A stretch of 64,000 nucleotides of DNA, taken from NCBI RefSeq assembly GCF_048264985.1, contig NZ_JBLXCL010000009.1:3953-67952 (forward strand), read 5' to 3'. Shown piece by piece: positions 9,959 through 20,327 of this stretch; the first letter of the stretch is position 1, and each line of letters begins with the position of its first letter. Source of the DNA: Pelagibacterium sp. (GTDB lineage: Bacteria; Pseudomonadota; Alphaproteobacteria; Rhizobiales; Devosiaceae). Both the position numbers and the translations under genes were made by a program. The notes below the pieces were generated by a model. The model did no database searches. It was not told the origin of the DNA and saw nothing but the letters and a program-made list of their open reading frames with translations.

Positions 9959-11170
9959 CTAGATTTCTCCATCGACGTTCGAGCGCCGATGAATGGCATC
10001 GGGACGATCAAAAAGGTGAGGCTGTAGCTGGACCCCAAGACCGGGGGTATCGGGAAGAGTAATCTGACCCTGCTTGACGATCGGCAAGGCGTCGACCACC
10101 TCGGTGTACCAGCCGGTGTAGAGCGCGCGCACGGATTCTTGGATAAGCGCATTCCGGGCGTGGAGTGAGAACTGGCAGGAAGCCATGAAAACGACGGGCC
10201 CGGTGCAATCATGGGGCGCGACAGGAATTTGTTGGGCCTCAGCGAGAGCGGCTATCTTGCGCGCTTCAGACAGACCGCCGCACCAGGAAAGATCGAGCAT
10301 GGCCACGCCGGCAACCCCGGTCGCCAGATAGTCGCGGAAAGCGTGGGGGTAGGCCAGGGTTTCGGACGCGCATATCATCGCGTCGGTGTGCGGCGCATAG
10401 GCCTTGAGGGTATCAAGGCTGTCCATGCGGACCGGATCTTCGTGCCAATAGGTATCGTAGGGTTTGAGTGCACGCGCAATACGCTGCGCGGCAGGCAGGC
10501 GCCACAGGGAATGAAACTCAACCATGATATCCATCTTGTCGCCGACCGCCTTACGGATTTTTTCGAATGGCTCGAGGGCGGTCTTGAGTTCGGCGGCGGA
10601 GATGTCGAGGCCATTGGTGCGTTCGGCTGCGATGTCAAAGGGCCAGATTTTCATGCCAGTAATCCCTTCATCGAGAAGGGATAGTGCGAGCTCGTCGGCG
10701 CGATTGAGGAAAGCATCAAGGTCCTCATAAGGACCTGCAGAGGTTTGATCGAGGCCCCAGTTTTCGACTGATTGGGCGCGATTGTCGCGAATGTAGGCGT
10801 AGCCGGCGCAGGTATTGTAGGTGCGTATGGTGTCGCGAGATTTTCCGCCCAGCGCTATGGAAACAGGGACGCCCAGCGTCTTGCCGAAAATGTCCCAGAG
10901 CGCGATATCGACAGCTGAATTGCCGCGTGTTTCCACGCCCGCGCCGCGCCATCCGAGATAACCGATCAGATCGCGGTTGATCGCTTCGATCTGCAATGGA
11001 TCGCGGCCAACGAGTTTCGGGGCAACGGTTTCATGGATATAGGCTTCGACGGCTGCGGCGCCGAGAAAGGTTTCGCCGAGCCCAGTGACGCCTTCGTCGG
11101 TTCGGATCAAAATCCAGACTACGTTTCCAAACTGGCCGAGCCGCAGGGTCTCGACGCCGGTGATCTTCAT
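9959..11170 (-). CDS. Mandelate racemase/muconate-lactonizing enzyme (enolase) superfamily protein, probable acid-sugar dehydratase
   Basis: RTDEGVTGLGE, SAVDIALWDIFGK, KIWPFD, MVEFH, WHEDP, ASETL, PHDC. Confidence 0.85.
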   Translation of the reverse strand: MKITGVETLRLGQFGNVVWILIRTDEGVTGLGETFLGAAAVEAYIHETVAPKLVGRDPLQIEAINRDLIGYLGWRGAGVETRGNSAVDIALWDIFGKTLGVPVSIALGGKSRDTIRTYNTCAGYAYIRDNRAQSVENWGLDQTSAGPYEDLDAFLNRADELALSLLDEGITGMKIWPFDIAAERTNGLDISAAELKTALEPFEKIRKAVGDKMDIMVEFHSLWRLPAAQRIARALKPYDTYWHEDPVRMDSLDTLKAYAPHTDAMICASETLAYPHAFRDYLATGVAGVAMLDLSWCGGLSEARKIAALAEAQQIPVAPHDCTGPVVFMASCQFSLHARNALIQESVRALYTGWYTEVVDALPIVKQGQITLPDTPGLGVQLQPHLFDRPDAIHRRSNVDGEI

Positions 11171-11196
11171 GGCGCTATCCGCAGGAAAGAGACGTT

Positions 11197-11223
11197 AAAA
11201 AGGGCGGAGCCCAGGCCCCGCCC
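11197..11223 (-). terminator. Intrinsic terminator/attenuator after dctP
   Basis: Minus strand GGGCGGGGCC-TG-GGCTCCGCCC followed by TTTTT. Confidence 0.65.
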
Positions 11224-11243
11224 GTACCAGATCGGTAACGAGA

Positions 11244-12251
11244 TTACTGACCGCGGATGGCGGCGAGTTCGCTGTTGACCCGTTCGATTACATCGGCACC
11301 GATGGAGTCTGCGCTGCGCTCGTAAACGCCGGCGACGGCGTCTCGAATTTCAGCCATTGCATCCTCGGCGATGTCGTTGACCTCAAGGCCGGCGTCCTTG
11401 ATACGCTGTAGTGATTCATCGGAGAGCGAACGGCTGGCTTCGCGCTGAACGGTCTGGCCCACTGCGGTGCACTCGTAGAGAATCTGCTGCTCTTCTTCGG
11501 AATAGGTGTCGAAGATCGGCTTGGAAAACAGGACCATGAACGGCGTATAGGCGTGACGGGTGTTGGAGACGTAATCCTGCACTTCATAGAAACGCGAGGT
11601 GTCGATGGTCACGTAAGGGTTTTCCTGTGCGTCGATGGCACCAGTTTCCAGCGCCGTGAACACTTCACCGAACGCCATTGGCGTGGCGTTGGTGCCAAGC
11701 GTCTGGAACGTGTCGAGGAAGATGTTGTTCTGCATAACGCGGACACGCATGCCATCGAAATCGGCAAGGCTTTCGACCGGGCGAACCGAGTTGGACAGGT
11801 TGCGGAATCCGTTTTCCCAGAACGAGAGATTGACCAGATTATGCTCGGGCATCATTTCGGCGATGTAATCACCGAAGGCGCCGTCAAGTAAAGCGTCGGC
11901 TTCCTGCTCGTTGGAGAGCAGGAATGGCAGGTCGAAAACACCGAGTGCCGGCTCGATAGCGACCAGCGGCGATGACGACGAAATGACCATTTCCAGCGTG
12001 CCCGAACGCAGCGACTGTGCAGATTGCAGATCGTCCCCAAGCGAGGACGACCAGAAGGCATTGATTGTCCATGCGCCGTCGGTCGCATCGGCGATGCACT
12101 GGGTCATAGCCGCAACGCCGTCACCAACCGGGTGATCTTCTGCAATGCCGTTGGCAATGCGGATCGTGCGGTCGGATATCTGAGCACTTGCCGGAAGCGC
12201 CACGCTCATGGCCAGCACAGCCGCCAGCGATGTTGTGATGATGGTTTTCAT
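11244..12251 (-). CDS. dctP: TRAP transporter solute-binding protein
   Basis: Signal peptide MKTIITTSLAAVLAMSVALPASA; FWENGFRN, GMRVRVM, IDAQENP. Confidence 0.93.
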   Translation of the reverse strand: MKTIITTSLAAVLAMSVALPASAQISDRTIRIANGIAEDHPVGDGVAAMTQCIADATDGAWTINAFWSSSLGDDLQSAQSLRSGTLEMVISSSSPLVAIEPALGVFDLPFLLSNEQEADALLDGAFGDYIAEMMPEHNLVNLSFWENGFRNLSNSVRPVESLADFDGMRVRVMQNNIFLDTFQTLGTNATPMAFGEVFTALETGAIDAQENPYVTIDTSRFYEVQDYVSNTRHAYTPFMVLFSKPIFDTYSEEEQQILYECTAVGQTVQREASRSLSDESLQRIKDAGLEVNDIAEDAMAEIRDAVAGVYERSADSIGADVIERVNSELAAIRGQ

Positions 12252-12289
12252 TTCGATTCCTCCATTGTCATTTTGATTGTGAAATCGGC

Positions 12290-13567
12290 TCAGCGCAGCC
12301 ACGCAAGCGGCGTGAGCACGATTTCGGGGAACAAGACGAGCAGGGCCAGCACAATGATCTGGGACAGGATGAATGGCAGCACGCCATACACTACCTTGCC
12401 CATGGGCACGCGCGACACCCCGCTGACCACGTTGAGCACAACGCCAACCGGCGGCGTGATCAGCGAGATGCAGGTGGTCATCACAAAGATGATGCCGAAA
12501 TAGATAGGATCAATATCGGCTGCCCGGATCATGGGCATAAGCACCGGGGCGAAGATCAGGATCGTTGGTGCGAGATCGAGCACCATGCCCACGACGAGCA
12601 GCAGCAGGACGATGAACAGCATCAACAGCTTCGGATTGTCGATGAAAGGCTGGACCAGTCCGACGAGCTGGTTTGGAATATTGGCTGAGGTGATCAGCCA
12701 GGATGTGACCAAAGCCGCTGCCACCAGGAACATGACGATCGATGTGGTCTTTGCGGCATTAACGAACACGCGGTAAAGGCTTGCCCAGGTCAATTCGCGG
12801 TAGACGACGCCACCGACAAAAAGTGCATAAACCGCTGCGATCACGGCGGCTTCGGTGGGGGTAAAAATACCAAAACGAATGCCGGCCAGGATAATGACCG
12901 GCATGAACAGCGCCCAGACAGCAGCGCCCGCTGCTTTGAAACGCTCCTTGCCCGAGCTCTTGGGCAGAGCCTCGACCTTTTCCTTGCGGGCAACAAAGCC
13001 CCACATGGCCGCCAGTGCCAACGCCATCATCAGGCCAGGCACGATGCCGCCAAGGAACAGGCCGGTAATCGACACGTTGGCTGCAACGCCGAAGATGATA
13101 TATGCGAGCGAGGGCGGGATGACCGGTGCAACGATGCCCCCCGAGGCCATGAGCCCGGCGGCGCGCGGTACATTGTAGCCGGCGTCGCGCATCATGGGGA
13201 CGAGAATGGCGGCCAGCGCAGCGGAGTCGGCAGCAGCCGAGCCTGACATCGAGGCCATGATGACGGCCGCCATAACGGCAACGAAGCCCAATCCGCCCCG
13301 GATATGGCCCACACAGGTGACAGCAAAATGGACGATGCGGCGCGAAAGGCCACCGGCATTCATCAGTTCGCCGGCCAGAAGGAAGAACGGGATCGCCAGA
13401 AGGGTGAAGGTATTGGCGCCGGTGATCATCTGCTGGGCAATGATCTGGGTATTGAAAATCCCCATGTAGGACATCAGCACGATGCCGGTAGTCAAAAGCG
13501 CAAACGCGACCGGCAGGCCGATGGCAAGGGTCCCGAACAGCGAGCCCAGAAAAACCAGAATGATCAT
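12290..13567 (-). CDS. dctM: TRAP transporter large permease
   Basis: LLAIPFFLLAGELMN, SGSAAAD, IPPS, FTPTEAA, ITPPVG. Confidence 0.95.
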   Translation of the reverse strand: MIILVFLGSLFGTLAIGLPVAFALLTTGIVLMSYMGIFNTQIIAQQMITGANTFTLLAIPFFLLAGELMNAGGLSRRIVHFAVTCVGHIRGGLGFVAVMAAVIMASMSGSAAADSAALAAILVPMMRDAGYNVPRAAGLMASGGIVAPVIPPSLAYIIFGVAANVSITGLFLGGIVPGLMMALALAAMWGFVARKEKVEALPKSSGKERFKAAGAAVWALFMPVIILAGIRFGIFTPTEAAVIAAVYALFVGGVVYRELTWASLYRVFVNAAKTTSIVMFLVAAALVTSWLITSANIPNQLVGLVQPFIDNPKLLMLFIVLLLLVVGMVLDLAPTILIFAPVLMPMIRAADIDPIYFGIIFVMTTCISLITPPVGVVLNVVSGVSRVPMGKVVYGVLPFILSQIIVLALLVLFPEIVLTPLAWLR

Positions 13568-14097
13568 ATGGCGCGCTCCACCGTCTGGTTCTCTTCATAC
13601 TCGCCAGCGAAGCGGGCGATATCGGCTTCGGTGACACGACCGGTCACGATTTCGAAAATTCGAAAAAGGGCAATCAGCCCAATGCCCAGCGATGTGAAAT
13701 AGCCGATGCCGTAGACCCAGATCATCGACATGCCGACGACGGCAGCGGTCATCGATGCGTTGATGGGATGCTGCACCCAGGTGCCGTGAAAGAAGACGAT
13801 GGCGGTTATCAAGATGATGATGTTGGTGATCAGCATGCAGGCGATGCGACCGCGACGGCCAAACAGCCGCACTATGGTCTCGACGCCGATATGGCCGTGA
13901 TCCTTGAACGCTAGCACTGCGCCGATAAACGTGAGCCAAACGAAGAAGTAGCGGCTCATCTCTTCGGAAAAGTTCAGCCCACTATTGAAGCCGTAACGAA
14001 GTACGACATTGGTGGCGACCATGATGACCATGCCCAGCATTAACGCTGCCAGCACAAATTCGATCGCCTTTACAACGATGTTGATGGCTTTAGTCAT
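13564..14097 (-). CDS. dctQ: TRAP transporter small permease
   Basis: NVVLRYGFN, SEEMSRYFFVWLTFIGA, HIGV; overlaps the dctM start. Confidence 0.9.
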   Translation of the reverse strand: MTKAINIVVKAIEFVLAALMLGMVIMVATNVVLRYGFNSGLNFSEEMSRYFFVWLTFIGAVLAFKDHGHIGVETIVRLFGRRGRIACMLITNIIILITAIVFFHGTWVQHPINASMTAAVVGMSMIWVYGIGYFTSLGIGLIALFRIFEIVTGRVTEADIARFAGEYEENQTVERAI

Positions 14098-14245
14098 GAA
14101 CGGGGTGTCCCGCACACGCCCAAAATGGCGCATTGCGCATGTTCTGGTCTCCTCCCAAGGCGCCGATAACGCTACGGCGCTGCGACACGGCGGCTGGGTG
14201 GCAATTGTCAGATTCCATCCTCGAGCCGACTGGACAAATGCTTAA

Positions 14246-14262
14246 ATGATAGCGTATGTCAT
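14246..14262. promoter_or_regulatory. Imperfect LacI/GntR-type operator in the dctQ-gntR divergent region
   Basis: ATGATAGCG-TA-TGTCAT; the left half resembles the site at 7186. Confidence 0.35.
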
Positions 14263-14307
14263 TGTCAACGGTGTGCCGATGTGAAATGAGCGCGCTGGAG
14301 GGGGATA

Positions 14308-15339
14308 TTGAGTAGAAAAGATAATACATACAAGGCAGTAACGCTTAAAGATGTTGCCGCAGCGGCGGATGTCAGCGTTATCACTGCGTCCCGCGCATTG
14401 CGTACGCCTGATATCGTGTCCGACAAGGTGCGCGAGCGGGTGCAGCAGGCCGTCGACGCGCTTGGATATGCTCCCAATCAAGCGGCGCGGGCCCTTGCAT
14501 CGGCCACTACATCGATCATTGGCGTTTTGATTCCGTCGGTCACCAATTTAGTGTTTTCGGATGTTATGCGCGGGATTTATGATGCTGTGGAGGGAACGCC
14601 TTATCAGGTGCAGCTGGGCAATACGCGCTATACCAATCGCAAAGAAGAGGAACTGCTCAGGGTATTTGCTGCGCAGCGGCCTGCCGGACTTGTGGTTTCT
14701 GGTATAGATCAGTCTCAGGCGGCGCGGGCGTTGCTCGAGAGTTTTGGCTGTCCGGTCGTCCAGGTGATGGATATCGGGCCCGATCCGATCGACATGATGA
14801 TCGGCTTTGATCACCGCGAGGGCGGTCGTGCGGCGGCGCGTCACCTTATCGAAAAGGGATATCGACGTATCGGCTTTATCGGCGCGCGCATGGATCCTCG
14901 CGCGCAAAGGCGGCTCGATGGGTACTGCGAGGTCATGCATGCCGAAGGGCTCTATGATGACCGTCTGATACTGACTTCGCCGCAGGCGTCGTCGGTGCCG
15001 CGCGGCAGCGAGATGTTCGTCGATTTTCTGGGGGTTGTGCCCGACGCCGACGCTGTGTTCTGCAACAATGACGACATGGCGCTGGGTGCTCTGTTCGAGT
15101 GTCAGCGGCGCCATATCAGGGTGCCGGCCCAATTCGGCATAATGGGCTATAACGATCTCGATTATTCGTCAGTGAGCAATCCCACGGTCTCATCGATCCG
15201 CACCCTTCGCTACGAAATGGGCTACCGCGCCATCGAGATGATCATTGCCGCCGCACAAGGCGAGCGCGCCGATCCCGCAGTTGTGGATGTTGGCTATGAA
15301 CTCAAGGTTCGTCAGAGCACGGACCGTAAGCAAGATTGA
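14308..15339 (+). CDS. gntR: LacI-family regulator, gluconate repressor GntR-like
   Basis: VTLKDVAAAADVSVITASRAL, LGYAPNQAA, VFCNNDDMALGALFECQRR. Confidence 0.8.
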   Translation: MSRKDNTYKAVTLKDVAAAADVSVITASRALRTPDIVSDKVRERVQQAVDALGYAPNQAARALASATTSIIGVLIPSVTNLVFSDVMRGIYDAVEGTPYQVQLGNTRYTNRKEEELLRVFAAQRPAGLVVSGIDQSQAARALLESFGCPVVQVMDIGPDPIDMMIGFDHREGGRAAARHLIEKGYRRIGFIGARMDPRAQRRLDGYCEVMHAEGLYDDRLILTSPQASSVPRGSEMFVDFLGVVPDADAVFCNNDDMALGALFECQRRHIRVPAQFGIMGYNDLDYSSVSNPTVSSIRTLRYEMGYRAIEMIIAAAQGERADPAVVDVGYELKVRQSTDRKQD

Positions 15340-15364
15340 CCTCAAGGAGGGGCAAGATCACAAC

Positions 15365-16354
15365 ATGAATATTCTGATAATCGGAGCCGCCGGTATGGTC
15401 GGCCGAAAGCTGACTGCTGCATTGGTCGCGTCGGGCACATTGTCAGGCAAGCCCATTGAGGCCATTTCGCTGGTCGATGTGATCGAGCCGGACGTGCCTG
15501 AGGCAAACGGCATCAACATAACGACGCGTGCAGTCGATATAGCAGATCCCAGCGTCGCTCGAACGCTGATCGACAATCGGCCCGACATGATTTTTCATCT
15601 TGCGGCTATTGTTTCAGGCGAGGCCGAACTCGATTTCGACAAGGGCTATGCGATCAATCTCGATGGCACCCGGTACTTGTTCGAAGCTATCAGGCACGCG
15701 GGAATGGAAAAGCCCTACTGCCCGCGCTTTGTTTTCACTTCCTCTATTGCTGTGTTTGGTGCACCGTTTCCCGACAAGATTGGCGATGAGTTTTTCCAGA
15801 CGCCGCGGACCAGCTATGGCACCCAGAAGGCCATCGGCGAATTGCTTCTCGCCGATTATTCCCGTCGGGGATTTCTTGACGGGGTGGGGATCAGGTTGCC
15901 CACTGTTTGTATTCGCCCAGGTAAACCCAACAAAGCGGCTTCAGGTTTCTTCTCGTCCATCCTGCGTGAGCCGCTTGTGGGGCAGGAAGCCGTGCTGCCT
16001 GTCCCTGAAGACTCGCGGCATTGGCACGCAAGTCCTCGCGCCGCTGTCGGTTTTTTGATCCATGCTGCGCAAATGGACACTGCAGGACTGGGGACGCGCC
16101 GCAGCCTGAACATGCCCGGGCTTTCGGCAACGGTTGGCGAGCAGATCGATGCGTTGAGGCGCGTGGCCGGTGAAGAAGCCGTTGCGCTGATCAAGCGCGA
16201 GCCGGACCCCATGGTTGCAGGAATGGTTGAAGGCTGGGCCAAGGATTTCGACGCTTCCCGAGCGGTTTCTCTGGGATTTAAGGCGGAAACCTCGTTCGAT
16301 GAGATCATCGCTATCCACATCGAAGACGAATTGGGCGGCGAGGTGCCGAAATGA
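15365..16354 (+). CDS. denD: D-erythronate dehydrogenase (DenD)-like extended SDR
   Basis: [48 protein letters not shown]. Confidence 0.7.
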   Translation: MNILIIGAAGMVGRKLTAALVASGTLSGKPIEAISLVDVIEPDVPEANGINITTRAVDIADPSVARTLIDNRPDMIFHLAAIVSGEAELDFDKGYAINLDGTRYLFEAIRHAGMEKPYCPRFVFTSSIAVFGAPFPDKIGDEFFQTPRTSYGTQKAIGELLLADYSRRGFLDGVGIRLPTVCIRPGKPNKAASGFFSSILREPLVGQEAVLPVPEDSRHWHASPRAAVGFLIHAAQMDTAGLGTRRSLNMPGLSATVGEQIDALRRVAGEEAVALIKREPDPMVAGMVEGWAKDFDASRAVSLGFKAETSFDEIIAIHIEDELGGEVPK

Positions 16355-17097
16355 AAATTGCAATCGTGACCGGTGGTGGAACCGGGGTTGGCAAGGCGAT
16401 CGCCAAATCGCTTTACGCTAACGGGTTCTCTGTCGCGCTATTTGGGCGGCGGTTGGACGTGCTTGAGGCAACGGCTGCGGAGATCGATGGCGCTGGCGAG
16501 CGCATGATGTCGGTTTCGGTCGACATAGGTGACCGAGAGGCTGTTGGTGCCGCGTTCGAGGCTGTTGTCGCGCGGTGGGGACGACTCGATTTGCTGGTCA
16601 ATAATGCTGGCATGAACGCGCCTTCCGTGGCGCTTGAAGAGGTTTCTGCTTTGCAGTGGGACCAGGTCGTGGCGGCAAATCTGTCAGGTGCGTTCTTTTG
16701 CACCCAATTTGCATTCGCCCAGTTCAAGGCGCAAAGCCCCCAAGGTGGCCGAATTATCAATAATGGGTCGATTTCGGCAACAACGCCACGTCCGCAATCT
16801 GCGCCCTATGCTGCGACCAAACATGCGATATCGGGCTTAACCAAAGCGTCGGCCCTTGACGGGCGGCCATTTAATATTGCCGTCGGACAAATCGACATCG
16901 GTAATGCGTCCACTGACATGACAACGCGGATGTCTTCGGGGGTCTTGCAGGCCGATGGGTCAACGGCAGTCGAACCGACCATTGATGCGGGCCTTATCGC
17001 AGATGCTGTCAGCTATATGGCAGGATTGCCGCTGGAGGCCAACACGCTCACGATGACGGTCATGGCCACGCAGATGCCGTTTGTTGGGCGCGGATAA
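16351..17097 (+). CDS. Short-chain dehydrogenase
   Basis: [27 protein letters not shown]. Confidence 0.88.
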   Translation: MKIAIVTGGGTGVGKAIAKSLYANGFSVALFGRRLDVLEATAAEIDGAGERMMSVSVDIGDREAVGAAFEAVVARWGRLDLLVNNAGMNAPSVALEEVSALQWDQVVAANLSGAFFCTQFAFAQFKAQSPQGGRIINNGSISATTPRPQSAPYAATKHAISGLTKASALDGRPFNIAVGQIDIGNASTDMTTRMSSGVLQADGSTAVEPTIDAGLIADAVSYMAGLPLEANTLTMTVMATQMPFVGRG

Positions 17098-17162
17098 AGA
17101 GTTCGCAGCCTGGAGTCGGCAAACGCTTCTAAAGCGTAAATTATCAGGAACTGGATATTGAG

Positions 17163-18290
17163 ATGAGCATATACGATCAGGGCGTGTTTGTTGGGCGCGT
17201 GATACTTGCCGAGGGCGGACACCCGCGCATTGTGACAGTGAGAGACGGCAAGGTTATCGATATAACGAGTAAAGCCGCTCCGACTGTTCGCGACATTTGC
17301 GAGATGGGTGACCCTGCGGGTTATGTAAAGAGCGCGCAGGGCCAGCCGGTCGCCTCACTCGATGCGGTGCTTGAGGGGGGCGCCGATGGCGTCACGCTTG
17401 TCTCTCCCGTCGATCTGCAGGCAGTCAAGGCGTCCGGGGTTACATTCGTTGTCAGTCTTCTTGAGCGGGTGATCGAAGAGCAGGCCAAAGGTGACGCGGG
17501 TCGTGCCGACGCGCTGCGTGGCGAAATTCTCGAATTGATCGGTGAGGATCTTTCAAAACTGGTGCCGGGTTCGGATGCGGCAATGGCCGTAAAGGCCAAG
17601 CTGATCGAAAAGGGCGTATGGAGCCAGTATCTCGAAGTCGGGATCGGGCCCGACGCTGAAATTTTCACCAAGTGCCAACCCATGGCCAGCGTGGGACACG
17701 GCGCCGATGTGGGATTGCATCCTATCTCGACGTGGAACAATCCCGAGCCGGAAGTCGCTTTGATCGTGTCTTCAAAAGGAGAGATTCTGGGGGCTACGCT
17801 AGGCAATGACGTCAATCTGCGTGACGTCGAGGGGCGTTCTGCTTTGCTGCTGGGCAAGGCCAAGGACAACAACGCATCGGCGGCTCTGGGGCCCTTTATC
17901 AGGCTGTTTGACGGCGACTTCACGCTCGATAGCGTAAAAGCGATGGAGGTGGGACTTGAGGTCAAGGGTGAGGACGGATTTGTGCTCACCGGCAATTCGT
18001 CAATGAGCCAGATCTCACGCACACCGGAATCGCTGGTGGCTGCGGCTATCGGAGATCATCACCAATACCCCGACGGGTTGGCGCTCTATCTGGGAACGAT
18101 GTTTGCCCCTGTTCAGGATCGCGATGGCGCGGGGAAAGGATTTACCCACAAGTTGGGCGATGTGGTGACGATTTCGACGCCTGCGCTGGGAGCGCTTGTC
18201 AATACAGTCCGGCTATCGACCGAATGCGATCGGTGGCGCTACGGTTCGAGGGCATTGATGGGCGATCTCGCCAAGGCGGGCCTGCTTTAA
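17163..18290 (+). CDS. Fumarylacetoacetate-hydrolase-family protein (2-keto-3-deoxy-pentonate dehydratase-like)
   Basis: QAVKASGVTF, EVGIGPDAEIFTK, WNNPEPEV, GNDVNLRDVEGRSALLL, YPDGLALYLGTMFAP. Confidence 0.85.
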   Translation: MSIYDQGVFVGRVILAEGGHPRIVTVRDGKVIDITSKAAPTVRDICEMGDPAGYVKSAQGQPVASLDAVLEGGADGVTLVSPVDLQAVKASGVTFVVSLLERVIEEQAKGDAGRADALRGEILELIGEDLSKLVPGSDAAMAVKAKLIEKGVWSQYLEVGIGPDAEIFTKCQPMASVGHGADVGLHPISTWNNPEPEVALIVSSKGEILGATLGNDVNLRDVEGRSALLLGKAKDNNASAALGPFIRLFDGDFTLDSVKAMEVGLEVKGEDGFVLTGNSSMSQISRTPESLVAAAIGDHHQYPDGLALYLGTMFAPVQDRDGAGKGFTHKLGDVVTISTPALGALVNTVRLSTECDRWRYGSRALMGDLAKAGLL

Positions 18291-18408
18291 ACTGACCTGT
18301 TTGGAGGCCTCATGAGGGCGAGTGGAGGCAGGCACCCCTTGATTACCAAATACTCGTTTGCCCTTGCTGTGCCGGTTGTCTTTTGCTGTCGCACTTGTCA
18401 TCTTTGCG

Positions 18409-18422
18409 TTAGATCGATCTAA
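18409..18422. promoter_or_regulatory. Perfect palindromic LacI-type operator (autoregulatory)
   Basis: TTAGATCGATCTAA about 20 bp upstream of the LacI gene; the same core recurs at 19509. Confidence 0.75.
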
Positions 18423-18442
18423 GAGGGGGAGGTCGAGGGAGG

Positions 18443-19468
18443 ATGATGGACGGGAAACCGACGCGCAAGACGCGCCCAACGCTTATGGACGTAGCCCAAA
18501 AAGCTGGCGTTTCGCGCGCCACGGCATCTCTTGTCGTGCGCAAAAGCCCACTCGTGGGCGCCGAAACGCGGGCCAGTGTCGAAGCGGCCATGGCCGAGAT
18601 CGGCTATGTCTATAATCTTGGCGCTGCGGGCATGCGCGCGGCGCGCAGTCGCACGATCGGGGTTATCATCCCCAACCTCTCAAATCCGTTCTTCGGCGTG
18701 CTTCTCGCGGGGATCGACCAGGTGGTCGACGATGCGGGGTTGGCGACTTTTATTGCACATTCGGCAGAGTCGGCAGCCAAACAGGACGGCTTTGTAACCC
18801 GTATGCGAGAACATGGCGTGGACGGGCTTATCGTTTGTCCAGCAGCGGGTACACCGCCGCAATTTATTGAACGATTAAACGATTGGGGGATGCCCGTCGT
18901 GGAGGCGTTGCGTACGGTGGGGGGCGGCGCCGTCGATTACGTTGGGATGGATCAGCATAGCGGCATGGAAGCGGCCGTGGCGCGTCTCGCGGCACTGGGG
19001 CATTCCAGAATCGGGTTTGTCACTGCAAACCTCGACCATTCAGCCCATGACGAACGGTTGGCGGCATTCCGCGCTGCCGCGGGCCGTCACGGGATCGTGT
19101 TTGCCGAGGAAATCGAGATCGACCCAACGCACGCCGATGCGATGGCGTTGGCGCGGCAGATGGCAAAGCGCGTCGACGCCCCTACAGCATGGATCTGCCA
19201 CAACGACGTCATCGGGTTGGGCATGCATCGCGGTTTTTGCGATAGCGATGTGACGCCGGGCCGGGATGTCTCGCTCATCGGGTTCGACAACGTGGCTGAA
19301 ACCGATCTTGTCCGCCCAGGTCTGGCATCTGTCGCCACCGAGCCAGTCGAAATCGGATTGAAAGCAGCAAATTTGTTGTTGCGACGGATCGAAAACCCGC
19401 AAGCCGAGGCCGAGGCGCTGACGGTGCCGACCCATTTTGTCGAGCGGGGCTCGATCGGTCCGGTTTAA
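18443..19468 (+). CDS. LacI-family transcriptional regulator
   Basis: PTLMDVAQKAGVSRATASLV, IGYVYN, ICHNDVIGLG, LIGFDN. Confidence 0.92.
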   Translation: MMDGKPTRKTRPTLMDVAQKAGVSRATASLVVRKSPLVGAETRASVEAAMAEIGYVYNLGAAGMRAARSRTIGVIIPNLSNPFFGVLLAGIDQVVDDAGLATFIAHSAESAAKQDGFVTRMREHGVDGLIVCPAAGTPPQFIERLNDWGMPVVEALRTVGGGAVDYVGMDQHSGMEAAVARLAALGHSRIGFVTANLDHSAHDERLAAFRAAAGRHGIVFAEEIEIDPTHADAMALARQMAKRVDAPTAWICHNDVIGLGMHRGFCDSDVTPGRDVSLIGFDNVAETDLVRPGLASVATEPVEIGLKAANLLLRRIENPQAEAEALTVPTHFVERGSIGPV

Positions 19469-19508
19469 CCGCAACTGACGGTGGGGTTGACTCCGGATCG
19501 GTTAGGCA

Positions 19509-19524
19509 TTTAGATCGATCTAAA
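19509..19524. promoter_or_regulatory. Perfect palindromic LacI-type operator upstream of the ABC operon
   Basis: TTTAGATCGATCTAAA, a 16-bp perfect palindrome sharing its core with 18409. Confidence 0.75.
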
Positions 19525-19646
19525 TTGAGGAGTACGAGGCTTCTGAGAAACCGCGCAGTCGGATGAAGTTTCGAGAAAACGGCTGTTCGCTTTTAAACCC
19601 GCAAGGGGCCATTGCGGCAAAGCGGTTCAGCGGGAGGAGTGAGCGT

Positions 19647-20318
19647 TTGGGCTATCAGTTCAATTTCGCGCCTGTGATCAACAATTTCGATCAGTTGATC
19701 TATGGGGCGCTCATTACCGTGCAGCTCAGCTTTGGCGCCATCCTGATCGGGACGCTGATTGCCATTCCATGTGCCGCCGCCAAGACAGCAGGCATCAAGC
19801 CGTTGGCATGGCTGGTCAACGTCTATATCGAGGTGATCCGCAACACCCCGTTCCTCATCCAGATATTCTTTATCTATTTTTCTCTGCCGGCCCTGGGCAT
19901 CCGGTTCGATCCCAATACTGCAGCGCTTGTGGCACTATCGGTTAATGTTGGTGCATACGCCACAGAGATCGTGCGGGCGGGGATTGAGTCGATTAATAGA
20001 GGGCAGGTCGAGGCCGGCAAGGCGCTGGGTTTGAAGGGCCACCAGATATTTCGCTATATTATTCTCAAGCCTGCGCTTCGGACGATCTATCCCGCTCTGA
20101 CAAGTCAGTTCATCTATTTGATGTTGACCTCATCGGTGGTCTCGGCGATCTCGGCAACCGATCTCGCCGCAGCAGGTAACAACATTCAGGCAGCGACGTT
20201 CGCGGCGTTCGAAGTATATCTCGTGATCACGGTCATGTATTTCGTGCTTTCGCTGGGCTTTTCCGGGCTGTTCTCAGCCATCGGGCGGACAGCGTTCCGC
20301 TATCCTTTGGCACGATAG
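19647..20318 (+). CDS. Polar amino acid-type ABC permease
   Basis: YIEVIRNTPFLIQ, AYATEIVRAGIESI...GQVEAGKALG; TTG start after GGGAGGAG. Confidence 0.9.
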   Translation: MGYQFNFAPVINNFDQLIYGALITVQLSFGAILIGTLIAIPCAAAKTAGIKPLAWLVNVYIEVIRNTPFLIQIFFIYFSLPALGIRFDPNTAALVALSVNVGAYATEIVRAGIESINRGQVEAGKALGLKGHQIFRYIILKPALRTIYPALTSQFIYLMLTSSVVSAISATDLAAAGNNIQAATFAAFEVYLVITVMYFVLSLGFSGLFSAIGRTAFRYPLAR

Positions 20319-20327
20319 GGGTCGATC

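Noticed and set aside
12759-13637. Long alternative-frame and antisense ORFs (also 17321-18022, 22025-22669, 56350-57384, 58509-59210)
   Set aside because: They overlap well-supported genes, have no family motifs, and are expected in GC-rich DNA.
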